From: a virus
Direction: 5' to 3' (one strand)
IMG/VR virus record: IMGVR_UViG_3300025834_000005
DNA: 64,000 bases
Positions 41,807 to 50,186 of this stretch are shown here, piece after piece. The position numbers and the translations under genes are program-made. Position 1 is the stretch's first letter. Each line of letters opens with the position of its first letter. The notes under the pieces were generated by a model. The model was not told where the DNA came from. It ran no database searches and saw only the letters and a program-made list of their open reading frames with translations.

Positions 41807-42493
41807 ATGAAAAAACCAACATTTGCATTAAACTTTAGGATATCTGTTGATAGTTCACAGAACCAACGATTCACAAAGGATGAAGTTATTACCGAGCTTC
41901 GAAACAGTGGCGTTAATATCGAAAGAGGATTAATCATCCGTAAACGTGATGGTGATGTTATGGGCGAAGTCTTAGATACTCCGACACTATTTGATCAGGT
42001 TATTCATGATATCAAAAGAGTTAATAAACTCGACACTAAATCAATACCAGAGAAAGTATTGAAGTTTAATGAAGAGTTTGGCGAGTTCAGTACAGAATTG
42101 ATTAAGCTATTAGGCATTACCTATAAACCATACGATGAAGAGCATTTTATCGAAGAATCGGCAGATGCTTTACAAGTCCAGCTATCTATTCAATTGGCAG
42201 CATGTGAGTTGAAGGGTATTGATTTCAACAGAGTATTGGAAGCACTTTTAATTAAAAACAAGAAGTGGGAAGCCATGAGTCCGAAATATACAAGAAATGA
42301 AAAACCCGATATATGCGTTGCGGTGATTGGTTTAACACACGGCGAGGCAAGGGCATTAGCATTAAAAAATGGTCACATCCTCCGTATAACTCGTTCAGAT
42401 AAAAATGATTACATAATCACTTGTGATTTTAGAACTGATCGTGTTAGCGTTGAAATGGATAACGGCGTAGTGACTAAGGCAATCATATCATAA
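41807..42493 (+). CDS. MazG-like NTP pyrophosphatase fused to an I78-inhibitor-like C-terminal domain (228 aa)
   Basis: NEEFGEFSTELIKLLG...EESADALQVQLSI (MazG-like); C-term GHILRITRSDKNDYIITCDFRTDRVSVEMDNGVVTKAI resembles I78 pattern. Confidence 0.5.
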   Translation: MKKPTFALNFRISVDSSQNQRFTKDEVITELRNSGVNIERGLIIRKRDGDVMGEVLDTPTLFDQVIHDIKRVNKLDTKSIPEKVLKFNEEFGEFSTELIKLLGITYKPYDEEHFIEESADALQVQLSIQLAACELKGIDFNRVLEALLIKNKKWEAMSPKYTRNEKPDICVAVIGLTHGEARALALKNGHILRITRSDKNDYIITCDFRTDRVSVEMDNGVVTKAIIS

Positions 42494-42652
42494 ATGACTA
42501 AGAAATCAAATGCCGCAAGACGGCGTCGAAATAACCGTGATAAAAGCGACAAGAAGGATTCAGAAGAAAGACGGAATTTCTGTGGAAAGTGCGGAACTGT
42601 CTGGTTTGGTGACGGTGCATGTCCTAACTGCTATATGCATAAGTGGAAATGA
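42494..42652 (+). CDS. small zinc-ribbon protein (52 aa)
   Basis: Own translation MTKKSNAARRRRNNRDKSDKKDSEERRNFCGKCGTVWFGDGACPNCYMHKWK. Confidence 0.5.
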   Translation: MTKKSNAARRRRNNRDKSDKKDSEERRNFCGKCGTVWFGDGACPNCYMHKWK

Positions 42653-42804
42653 AAGGTAAGTGTAATTGCGGTAAGAAAGCCGTTGTTGAGTATATGATAA
42701 TAAACAAAAAAGGCGGTCACACTGTAAAGTTTTGCGAAGACTGTAAGCCAAAGACTCCCAATTTTTATGGCCATGAGAGCATGTATATAGTTGATGGTAA
42801 ATAA
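42649..42804 (+). CDS. small zinc-ribbon protein (51 aa)
   Basis: Own translation MKGKCNCGKKAVVEYMIINKKGGHTVKFCEDCKPKTPNFYGHE...; ATGA overlap. Confidence 0.5.
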   Translation: MKGKCNCGKKAVVEYMIINKKGGHTVKFCEDCKPKTPNFYGHESMYIVDGK

Positions 42805-42816
42805 TTTCATATTTTT

Positions 42817-42846
42817 TGTAACCTTTTAAAGCCATTTACGTATAAC
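42817..42846 (+). promoter_or_regulatory. ECF-sigma-type promoter (TGTAAC-N16-CGTATAAC repeat)
   Basis: Exact N16; next ATG 42881. Confidence 0.7.
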
Positions 42847-42880
42847 ATAGAAAGTATTAATTAATTAAAAATTATACGCT

Positions 42881-43438
42881 ATGTTTTATCGCTACAACAA
42901 GGACACCTTAGAATTCGAAAGAGTTAATTGGATTGCCCTGACAATAAAAGCATCGGCAGTTGCGGTTGTTTTACTTTCAGGACTTGGTTTAACCATTCAT
43001 GAGAAAGACAAGGTTAGAACTGAATCAGAAATTATGGTTATCATGAGTCAACATGATAAGTTCACCAATGATAAATTGGTTGGCTTAATTAAAACAATGA
43101 ATTTCAGATTTCCGCATATCGTTTATGCACAGTCTATTCTGGAAACGAAAGATTTTCAATCGAATATTTTTAAAGAAAATCATAATCTATTCGGAATGAA
43201 ACAAGCTGTTGTTCGTATAACAACATCACTTGGTACACAGTACGGTCATTCCATCTACGCAAATTGGATGAAATCATTAGATGATTACGCATTGTATACA
43301 TCCAATTATCTATCTGATCTGAAAACAGAGAATGAGTATTTTGATTATCTTGCACAAAATTATGCGGAGGATAAACAATATGTCTCTAAATTAAAAAACC
43401 TTATCGCAAGTAGAAATTTAAAGTCTAAATTCAATTAA
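42881..43438 (+). CDS. membrane-anchored N-acetylglucosaminidase-family peptidoglycan hydrolase (185 aa)
   Basis: N-terminal TM; YAQSILETKDFQSNIFKENHNLFGMK matches glucosaminidase domain signature. Confidence 0.7.
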   Translation: MFYRYNKDTLEFERVNWIALTIKASAVAVVLLSGLGLTIHEKDKVRTESEIMVIMSQHDKFTNDKLVGLIKTMNFRFPHIVYAQSILETKDFQSNIFKENHNLFGMKQAVVRITTSLGTQYGHSIYANWMKSLDDYALYTSNYLSDLKTENEYFDYLAQNYAEDKQYVSKLKNLIASRNLKSKFN

Positions 43439-43445
43439 TCAGTAA

Positions 43446-43479
43446 AAGGTTACAAAGAGTTCCAATTCTTTGTAACCTT
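43446..43479 (+). terminator. GTAACC-type hairpin without a following -10
   Basis: AAGGTTACAAAGA / TCTTTGTAACCTT 13 bp; no CGTA at N16. Confidence 0.6.
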
Positions 43480-43555
43480 GAAACAGGGTTTCCTAATGGA
43501 TGATGGTACTATCGTTGATTGCCACCAATGTAAATTAGAAATAGTTTAATTATTT

Positions 43556-43585
43556 TGTAACATTTTCATTTCATTTACGTATAAC
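43556..43585 (+). promoter_or_regulatory. ECF-sigma-type promoter (TGTAACA variant)
   Basis: Exact N16; next ATG 43603. Confidence 0.6.
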
Positions 43586-43602
43586 ACAAAAACAATTTAG
43601 AT

Positions 43603-43768
43603 ATGAGTAAACGATGCTGTAAACGATGCTGTAAATGAGGCTGTAAAGACTGATATATTCGATAGAAAATGGATTGCTGAAATGCTCGAATCATATGCAT
43701 ATTACTGCACGACTATAGAAAATATACCAGCACGTGAATGGCTTGACATAACATATCCAAAACAATAA
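43603..43768 (+). pseudogene. small gene with NDAV repeats and unresolved start / frame change
   Basis: ATG 43603 frame stops after MSKRCCKRCCK; +1 frame DAVNDAVNEAVKTDIFDRKWIAEMLESYAYYCTTIENIPAREWLDITYPKQ is open to 43768 but has no ATG; 12-nt tandem AAACGATGCTGT x2. Confidence 0.3.
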
Positions 43769-43780
43769 AAATACAATTAT

Positions 43781-44788
43781 ATGCATAAATTTACAGAAAT
43801 TGGTCAATTAAGTAGCGTGATTCGATCAGTAAAATCTTCAAGCGACTACAGAGGCGATGACGAGAATGGCGATGCCATTTACGTTCATGATAAGCCTTAC
43901 CCAATATTGAAATTCAGATGTACCGTTAAGAATCATGGTACAAATTCAGCTGTCGTCTTATATAAGGATGGTACATACCAGTTTCAATCACGTGAGCGTG
44001 AACTGGATTTGAACGGCGATGGCGATAACGCTGGCTTCATGCGAATGATGTCTGAAAAGAATTATCAGAAGCTATTCGAAGGTATTGAGTTCAATGACTA
44101 CTGTGCAATCTATGGCGAATGGATTGGTAAAGGCGTTCAGGGTAAGGTTGCTATCGGCGAATTATCTAAACGTTTAATCATCTTTGCCGTTCGTATTGAC
44201 GACGTTTATCAGGATATGGAAAACTTCAAGTATTTGAAGAACGAAGACGAAGATATTTATAATATTCTTCAATTCCCTCATTGGTTCGTCGAAGTTGATT
44301 TCAATCATCCTGAATTATCCCAGAATGAAATTGTCGATCTCACATTGGCTGTTGAGGATGAATGCCCTGTCGGTAAGTATTTCGGCATTGAAGGCATCGG
44401 AGAGGGCGTTGTATGCGAAGCATTTGATGAAAGGGGTAAGCGTCACATTTTTAAAAGTAAAGGCTTAAAACACGCAAATGGCTCAAAAGTGAAGACCATG
44501 CGAGTTGTCGATAACGACAAGGTTAATGCTTTGATCGATCTTGCTGAACAGCTAACACCTGAATGGCGTTTAGATCAAATGGTAACTGAATCATGTAACC
44601 TTATGAATGGCGGTGTCATTGACAGAACCAAGATGGGTGTCTACATGAAAATGGTTGTGAATGACGTTATTAAAGAAGAATCCGATAAAATTGCTGAGTC
44701 TGGGTATGAAATGAAAGACTTAGGTAAGTATATCTCAGATATTGCTAAGCAGTATTTCTTTGATCGGGAAAAAACAAGCGAATATTAA
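43781..44788 (+). CDS. Rnl2-like ATP-dependent RNA ligase (335 aa)
   Basis: Motif I VKNHGTN, III IYGEWIG, IV GEGVVCE, V FKSKGLKH; size matches T4 Rnl2. Confidence 0.8.
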   Translation: MHKFTEIGQLSSVIRSVKSSSDYRGDDENGDAIYVHDKPYPILKFRCTVKNHGTNSAVVLYKDGTYQFQSRERELDLNGDGDNAGFMRMMSEKNYQKLFEGIEFNDYCAIYGEWIGKGVQGKVAIGELSKRLIIFAVRIDDVYQDMENFKYLKNEDEDIYNILQFPHWFVEVDFNHPELSQNEIVDLTLAVEDECPVGKYFGIEGIGEGVVCEAFDERGKRHIFKSKGLKHANGSKVKTMRVVDNDKVNALIDLAEQLTPEWRLDQMVTESCNLMNGGVIDRTKMGVYMKMVVNDVIKEESDKIAESGYEMKDLGKYISDIAKQYFFDREKTSEY

Positions 44789-44936
44789 TTGGTAATCGTG
44801 GTGAGGAAATATATTTGACCTACCGCAAGAAGCAAAGTAATAGTACGATGGGGAGTTAGGACAATTAAGCAACTGATATTTTGTAAGAAAACAGGCGAGT
44901 AAGCTAACTTTAAAAATAAGAACCCTACCAATTAAT
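44784..44936 (+). ncRNA. structured element closed by an 11-bp long-range stem
   Basis: ATTAATTGGTA (44784-44794) / TACCAATTAAT (44926-44936); begins at RNA ligase stop codon. Confidence 0.25.
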
Positions 44937-44938
44937 TT

Positions 44939-44968
44939 TGTAACCTTTTTTATTTTATAACGTATAAC
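44939..44968 (+). promoter_or_regulatory. ECF-sigma-type promoter (TGTAAC-N16-CGTATAAC repeat)
   Basis: Exact N16; next ATG 44982. Confidence 0.7.
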
Positions 44969-44981
44969 GAATAAAAAAACA

Positions 44982-45248
44982 ATGATAACATTAGAAAGAT
45001 TAGAAGAAATTTTTGACGAGAGTTCATCAAGACCAAAGGATGTTGATCGGCATATGAAAGCTTTGACTTTGTTAAGAGATCGAATACCTTATGATGTTTG
45101 TGAGAGCATTATCATTGGCGCAGATCATGATAAAGTTTTTCTATGTGCCGTTGAATATGCGCTACCATACATGAGCGAGGATGACGCAAGGGCATTATCC
45201 AATGGTAGTTGCTTTATTGAGGATGATTGTTTCTCAATGTTTGTTTAA
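44982..45248 (+). CDS. hypothetical protein (88 aa)
   Basis: ORF track; promoter 44939. Confidence 0.7.
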   Translation: MITLERLEEIFDESSSRPKDVDRHMKALTLLRDRIPYDVCESIIIGADHDKVFLCAVEYALPYMSEDDARALSNGSCFIEDDCFSMFV

Positions 45249-45252
45249 ATAC

Positions 45253-45282
45253 TGTAACCTTTTATTTTCATTTACGTATAAG
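45253..45282 (+). promoter_or_regulatory. ECF-sigma-type promoter, variant -10 CGTATAAG
   Basis: Exact N16; followed by tRNA-like RNA, not an ORF. Confidence 0.6.
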
Positions 45283-45286
45283 TAAT

Positions 45287-45439
45287 GGGAGTGCTGCTCT
45301 GGAGTGGTAGCGATATGTAATATGTCTAATAGCCGCCTTCATAGGTTGCGGTTTCGGGTACAAACCGATATAAGTTAGTTGATTAATACGCCTAATGGCA
45401 ATTTACAGATTTCGTAAGGTTCGATTCCCTACACTTTCA
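45287..45439 (+). ncRNA. tRNA-like / tmRNA-like RNA with G3:U70 acceptor stem
   Basis: GGGAGTG / CACTTTC 7-bp acceptor (G2-U, G3-U), A discriminator, T arm TAAGG-TTCGATT-CCCTA, D-like GCTC-TGGAGTGG-TAGC, about 90-nt insert where the anticodon arm should be; promoter 45253. Confidence 0.5.
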
Positions 45440-45456
45440 CTAAAAAAAATATTGAT

Positions 45457-45654
45457 ATGGTAAACAGAGAAGAAATTGATGGAATGCTTTTCATTGCTCA
45501 AACAACTTATTACGTATATCGTAATGAGGAAGATTTGATGGCTGATAATGAGCCATTTCTCACAACATCAAATACAGATGCTTTTGAAGCTTGTAAGAAT
45601 AGAGCTAAGGAAGGTAAACTTAATATTAATAACAATCAAAATGGCAAAGACTGA
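45457..45654 (+). CDS. hypothetical protein (65 aa)
   Basis: ORF track. Confidence 0.55.
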   Translation: MVNREEIDGMLFIAQTTYYVYRNEEDLMADNEPFLTTSNTDAFEACKNRAKEGKLNINNNQNGKD

Positions 45655-45916
45655 CAATACAAAAGTAGGTGATACAGTATTTTCGTTGGATAACGGATGG
45701 GTTGTTGAATGGGAAATCATAGCCGTAAATCCGAAAAATGAAAGATTCTTTATCATCCAAAATAAAGAATTAGATCAGGTTATTAACCAAGTTCATTGGA
45801 AAACATTGGAGTATGGCGGTGATACAAAAAACTTTTACAGCTTAACTAAGAATGATCTATTGGATAGATTTAAAGAATATACCGACTATGTAATTAAACA
45901 TATCAACATCAAATGA
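45641..45916 (+). CDS. hypothetical protein (91 aa)
   Basis: ORF track trimmed to MAKTDNTKVGD. Confidence 0.6.
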   Translation: MAKTDNTKVGDTVFSLDNGWVVEWEIIAVNPKNERFFIIQNKELDQVINQVHWKTLEYGGDTKNFYSLTKNDLLDRFKEYTDYVIKHINIK

Positions 45917-46176
45917 AAATAGATAAGGTTATAAAAGGATTTACATACAGGTATACCGCTCATTTGATACCCAATACAATGACAGCAAATGTCACGTATT
46001 TCTCATGGGACGAACCTATTGAGTGCCCGATTACTCCCGACTTCAAATACATCATGTTACCTGATAATTGCGTGAAATTTATATCAGGCTATGGCGATGT
46101 AAGAGTGAAGAAATTAAAAATGAATTATCGCCAACAATACGATGCTAAAGATTACAACAAAAACTGTAACCTTTAG
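45913..46176 (+). CDS. hypothetical protein (87 aa)
   Basis: ORF track; ATGA overlap. Confidence 0.65.
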   Translation: MKIDKVIKGFTYRYTAHLIPNTMTANVTYFSWDEPIECPITPDFKYIMLPDNCVKFISGYGDVRVKKLKMNYRQQYDAKDYNKNCNL

Positions 46177-46194
46177 TAATCATTTACGTATAAC
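46165..46194 (+). promoter_or_regulatory. ECF-sigma-type promoter (TGTAAC-N16-CGTATAAC repeat)
   Basis: Exact N16; next ATG 46210. Confidence 0.7.
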
Positions 46195-46209
46195 TAAGAA
46201 AACAATATC

Positions 46210-46383
46210 ATGGATGAAAACGAGTTGACAGAATTATTTGCGAATCAATCAGACTGCTATGCTACTACTGGCATGTATGTGAGTGGTACTTGGGTTGATG
46301 GCGAAGTAATTCAAGCTATGACATGTGATCGTTTCATTGAAGTGTTAAAACAATTAGGATTAATTAAATTAGAAAAAATATGA
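46210..46383 (+). CDS. small protein (57 aa)
   Basis: Own translation MDENELTELFANQSDCYATTGMYVSGTWVDGEVIQ...; promoter 46165; ATGA overlap with ligase. Confidence 0.5.
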   Translation: MDENELTELFANQSDCYATTGMYVSGTWVDGEVIQAMTCDRFIEVLKQLGLIKLEKI

Positions 46384-47747
46384 GAATCAGGGAAATTTTC
46401 GACGAAATTGCGAATGAATCAAGCACCAATTTGAAAATGGCGATACTTGGTAAGTATAAAGACAACGAGCTTTTTGTGAGAGTTCTGTATGCTGCTTGCT
46501 CAAAAAGAGTTAAGTACTACATCAAACAAATTCCACTTTATGAGAAATCGAGTACAACGTTTGATCTGGATTGGGCTTTGAAACAATTACCAGCACTTAG
46601 CCGACGAGAGTTCACAGGATATGCAGCACATAAATATCTTATGGATATACTCACGCATCTACAATCAGATGATGCATACATCATTGAGCGAATCATCGAC
46701 AAGGATTGCAAGATCGGTATCGGCACACGTAACATCAATAAGGTCATACCTGACTTGATCGAAAAAACAGGCTACATGGGTTGTAAATCATTCTCAAAGG
46801 ATTTGATTCTGAAAATGTTAGCTAAAGGCGATTGCGTTTCTCAGGAGAAAATGGATGGCAGATACATGAATTGTATCATACAAGGCGGTGAGTTGCAGAA
46901 TGAATCAAGACAAGGTGAACCAACAATTTTGGAGAATCCCCTGTTCTTTTCGGAACTTGTAGTGTTAAAGGATTGTGTCTTAAATGGCGAATTAACCATG
47001 CACAATATATCACGTTTCGAAAGTAATGGGATTATTTCGTCATTAATCAGTATAGCCGAAAAGAAGCTTGCTGGTAAAGACGTTACCAAAGAAGTTGCAA
47101 AGTTTGAGTCCAGACACATGGATTATTACGAAGCATTGAAACTTGTTACGTTTACGACATGGGATATTCTGACTGTTGAGGAATACTTCACACGGAAATG
47201 CTCACGGAAATATAGGGTAAGGCTTGCAGAATTAAGGGAAACCCTTAAAGACTCAAAAATGATCTCAATTGTTGAGACACGACCAATGAAAACACTTGGC
47301 GATGCTATGACGCACTTTTATGATGTGGTTTCTCGTAATGGCGAAGGTGTTGTAGCTAAAAGCTTGGATGGCGTTTGGGTTGACTCAAAACCAGTATATC
47401 AGGTTAAAGTTAAGAAAGAAATCAATCTTGACTTACGTATCGTAGGTTTCAAATATGGCACTGGTAAGAACTCCAAATGGATTTCGAGTGTCGAAGTTAT
47501 TTCCGAGGATGGTTTGTTAAAGACTTCGCCAACAGGACTTGATGAAGATGAAATGGAGTATGTTACTGAGCATCAGGAAGAAATGATGAATTCAATTCTG
47601 GAAATCAAATGCTGCGGATTGTCACAGGATAATAAGGGTAATTACTCTGTGCTTCATCCTGTCTATAAATTACGCAGAACCGACAAAGATACTGCTAACA
47701 CATTGGCAGAGTGTATTGAAATTGAAGCATCAACAACATTCGAATAA
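46380..47747 (+). CDS. ATP-dependent DNA ligase (455 aa)
   Basis: Motif I EKMDGRY, III LNGEL, IV GEGVVAK, V YQVKVKK. Confidence 0.85.
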   Translation: MRIREIFDEIANESSTNLKMAILGKYKDNELFVRVLYAACSKRVKYYIKQIPLYEKSSTTFDLDWALKQLPALSRREFTGYAAHKYLMDILTHLQSDDAYIIERIIDKDCKIGIGTRNINKVIPDLIEKTGYMGCKSFSKDLILKMLAKGDCVSQEKMDGRYMNCIIQGGELQNESRQGEPTILENPLFFSELVVLKDCVLNGELTMHNISRFESNGIISSLISIAEKKLAGKDVTKEVAKFESRHMDYYEALKLVTFTTWDILTVEEYFTRKCSRKYRVRLAELRETLKDSKMISIVETRPMKTLGDAMTHFYDVVSRNGEGVVAKSLDGVWVDSKPVYQVKVKKEINLDLRIVGFKYGTGKNSKWISSVEVISEDGLLKTSPTGLDEDEMEYVTEHQEEMMNSILEIKCCGLSQDNKGNYSVLHPVYKLRRTDKDTANTLAECIEIEASTTFE

Positions 47748-47749
47748 CC

Positions 47750-48172
47750 ATGAGTGATAGTAAATATGAATTAAAAGGGCTTACTAAACTAAGCAAAAAT
47801 CTGCATAAGTTCCAAATGGACGCAGGTTTTACGGATTCGAGCGTCACACAAAGATTAATGTTAGTTCATTCGGAAATTTCAGAGGCATTTGATGCATTTA
47901 GAAATGATCATTATGCTGATTTAATACCATTTTTAAATGACACTTTATATCATGTAGTATGTGATATACCTTGCTGCGAAGAAAATAATTCACAGTATAA
48001 AGCATTATTCGAAAAACTGGTTAAAGATTCATTCGAAGACGAGATTACAGATGCAATCATAAGGCTGTTAGCAATTTGTGGTGAAAATGATATTGATATT
48101 GAGAAGCATCTTAACGCAAAGATGAAATACAACTCTTTACGTGGTTACAAATACGGTGGTAAGAAATTTTAA
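47750..48172 (+). CDS. MazG-like nucleotide pyrophosphohydrolase (140 aa)
   Basis: LMLVHSEISEAFDAFRN and EDEITDAIIRLLAICGENDIDIEKHL. Confidence 0.65.
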   Translation: MSDSKYELKGLTKLSKNLHKFQMDAGFTDSSVTQRLMLVHSEISEAFDAFRNDHYADLIPFLNDTLYHVVCDIPCCEENNSQYKALFEKLVKDSFEDEITDAIIRLLAICGENDIDIEKHLNAKMKYNSLRGYKYGGKKF

Positions 48173-48186
48173 TTAAAAAGTAAGAT

Positions 48187-48582
48187 ATGAAAGGACTTGA
48201 AGAAGGTAAGGTAGAAATTAATGGTTTTGATGAACTTATGTCATTCATGTATATTGATGCTATCGGCGGAATTATATGGCGTACCAATCATGATGTAAGT
48301 CATGGTAGATATGAAATGACTGATGGTATGAGGGCTGAACTCACTATGATGTCTCAACTACAGCAGTATTGCGTTCAGCAATTAAGTAAATACGGTATTG
48401 ACCCTGAGTCAGCTAAGGATAGACCTGATGGCGATTATTGGAAGTGGTTTCATCATTGGAATAATTGGAAGGAAAAATTAAGTGATGAAGAATGGCAAGA
48501 TTTTGATATGAAAATGTCTGCCAAAGAAGATTATTCAGAATTTCTGCCAAAGAATAAATGGAATGAAGGCATCATTGAATAA
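48187..48582 (+). CDS. hypothetical protein (131 aa)
   Basis: ORF track. Confidence 0.7.
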   Translation: MKGLEEGKVEINGFDELMSFMYIDAIGGIIWRTNHDVSHGRYEMTDGMRAELTMMSQLQQYCVQQLSKYGIDPESAKDRPDGDYWKWFHHWNNWKEKLSDEEWQDFDMKMSAKEDYSEFLPKNKWNEGIIE

Positions 48583-49471
48583 AAATATTATATATGGTGT
48601 AAAGACAGGCGAGACTTTTCATTACATAGGAAAAACCAGCAAAAAGGTTAATGCTAAAGGTGATCTAAAAAGATCAAACCTACAAACATTATATGTGAAC
48701 AAAAGTGTTCGAAAAGTATTCGATGAAAACGCTGGTACTAATATCGTTCCAATAACGACTGTTAATGATGATGAATGGTTTGATACCAAGCTATCGGAAG
48801 TTGTGAAAAAATATGGCGAACATAATCCATTAGTAAATGCACAGTGGATGCTTGACGGTAAACGTGGTATATTTGACGGTACACAAGGCTATTGGATTGG
48901 TAAAACGAGGGATTCAAATACGTTGCTTAAATTATCTGAAAGTAAGTTTAAGAAAATAGTTCAGTATGACGTTAACGGCTATAAGGTAAAAATATGGGAT
49001 TCCATTAAGGATGTTGCCACGAAAGTTTTTAAGGATTACAGAATTACGAATGGCTCAGGCTGTTCATCAATTTATCCCCTTTTAGGTAGTTCTAAATTAA
49101 AAACAAGGTTTCGACACGGTTCATATTGGTTTACAAGTGATGAATTAATTGCCAAATTTACTGTTGTTCCGCTTAGATTAAAAATAGAATTCTTAACTGA
49201 GCAAGAACGTCTTAGAAGTAAAAGCGTGAGAAAAAAAGCTGTTAAAGATTACCAGAAAATCTCAATGATTATTCATTCCGATGTGTCTGGCAAACAAATA
49301 ACCCACTATAACAACATATTTGAAGCATCATATTATCTTGATATGTCTGTAGGCATGATACGCAGACATTGCAGAAATGAGATTGCAAAGCCAATGATTA
49401 ATTTAAAGTATGGTGAAAAACTTAATCAGCCTGTAGATCGTGAAAAATACTGGAAAGAATTTCATAAATAG
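48563..49471 (+). CDS. GIY-YIG-type homing endonuclease (302 aa)
   Basis: N-term IIYGVKTGETFHYIGKT; two downstream modules KIVQYDVNGYKVKIWDSIKDVA and QITHYNNIFEASYYLDMSVGMIRRHC typical of Seg/Tev-like DNA-binding regions. Confidence 0.55.
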   Translation: MKASLNKNIIYGVKTGETFHYIGKTSKKVNAKGDLKRSNLQTLYVNKSVRKVFDENAGTNIVPITTVNDDEWFDTKLSEVVKKYGEHNPLVNAQWMLDGKRGIFDGTQGYWIGKTRDSNTLLKLSESKFKKIVQYDVNGYKVKIWDSIKDVATKVFKDYRITNGSGCSSIYPLLGSSKLKTRFRHGSYWFTSDELIAKFTVVPLRLKIEFLTEQERLRSKSVRKKAVKDYQKISMIIHSDVSGKQITHYNNIFEASYYLDMSVGMIRRHCRNEIAKPMINLKYGEKLNQPVDREKYWKEFHK

Positions 49472-49482
49472 TTGCGTTATTT

Positions 49483-49512
49483 TGTAACATTCGAAATTGT
49501 ATTACGTATAAG
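49483..49512 (+). promoter_or_regulatory. ECF-sigma-type promoter, variant TGTAACA / CGTATAAG
   Basis: Exact N16; next ATG 49545. Confidence 0.55.
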
Positions 49513-49544
49513 TAAGAAAATATTAATAATTAAAATATATTGAA

Positions 49545-50135
49545 ATGATTTTAAAACCAAATGAAGTAAACATTGCCACCTTAATTAGAATGGTTTTTGC
49601 AAGGTGCGATAAAAAGCCTGTTGATGCCAAAGTACTTATGACAATAGGTAGCATTAAATTAACATCGTATATCGGTATGGATAATTCGTACAACATCAAA
49701 ACATTTTTAAAACTTGGACTCGTTGAGTTTGCACAAGGCACTAAATTTGTGAAATGGTCTGGCATTAAGCCTACGGATGAAAATATTCGTGATCTTGTGT
49801 TATCTTTTAAAGCCGCACATAAGAAAAAAAGGAAAAAGGTTGTAGAGCCAAAACAGTTAAACCTTCCCTTCAAAGAAGAAACATCAAAAACATTTGACGA
49901 ATACATGGCGAATGGTGCTCAGGTTACTGAAACAGTTGAGCCAACCAATGATGCTCAGACTACAGACGAAAGTCAAGCATACGAACAGGCTACCGTAAAT
50001 GTTGAGCCTACTCGATTGGACTTGGTGAATAGTCTTCGACAGTGTGAAATCGACGTTAAAAAATTCAAAGTTGCTGAGGATTTAGCACGAATTGCTTTGG
50101 ATGAATATGATTTAAAAGCATCCATGAGAAAATAA
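49545..50135 (+). CDS. hypothetical protein (196 aa)
   Basis: ORF track; promoter 49483. Confidence 0.75.
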   Translation: MILKPNEVNIATLIRMVFARCDKKPVDAKVLMTIGSIKLTSYIGMDNSYNIKTFLKLGLVEFAQGTKFVKWSGIKPTDENIRDLVLSFKAAHKKKRKKVVEPKQLNLPFKEETSKTFDEYMANGAQVTETVEPTNDAQTTDESQAYEQATVNVEPTRLDLVNSLRQCEIDVKKFKVAEDLARIALDEYDLKASMRK

Positions 50136-50153
50136 AATATTCACATTATATCA

Positions 50154-50186
50154 AAAAAGGTTACATTAGTTTGTAACCTTTTTTTT
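50154..50186 (+). terminator. terminator whose 3' arm is the -35 element
   Basis: AAAAAGGTTACA / TGTAACCTTTTT plus T-run. Confidence 0.7.

Noticed and set aside
44784-44936. A MITE-like mobile element, 153 bp long and flanked by 11-bp terminal inverted repeats.
   Set aside because: No second copy of the internal sequence or the repeats exists in the window, and there are no obvious target-site duplications. It is treated as an RNA structure candidate instead.
45332-45373. A tmRNA tag reading frame, AAFIGCGFGYKPI followed by a stop.
   Set aside because: It does not end in the hydrophobic ...LAA-type tail typical of degradation tags. No pseudoknots could be drawn by eye. It is mentioned only as something to test.
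45287-45439. A canonical tRNA gene, or a tRNA carrying an intron.
   Set aside because: The acceptor stem, T arm and D-like parts fit. No 5-bp anticodon stem with a 7-nt loop can be drawn, however. At 153 nt the element is too long for a class II tRNA and too short for a group I intron-containing tRNA. It is kept only as a tRNA-like / tmRNA-like ncRNA candidate. A CAT-containing loop (TTCATAG, 45338-45344) has a poorly paired stem.
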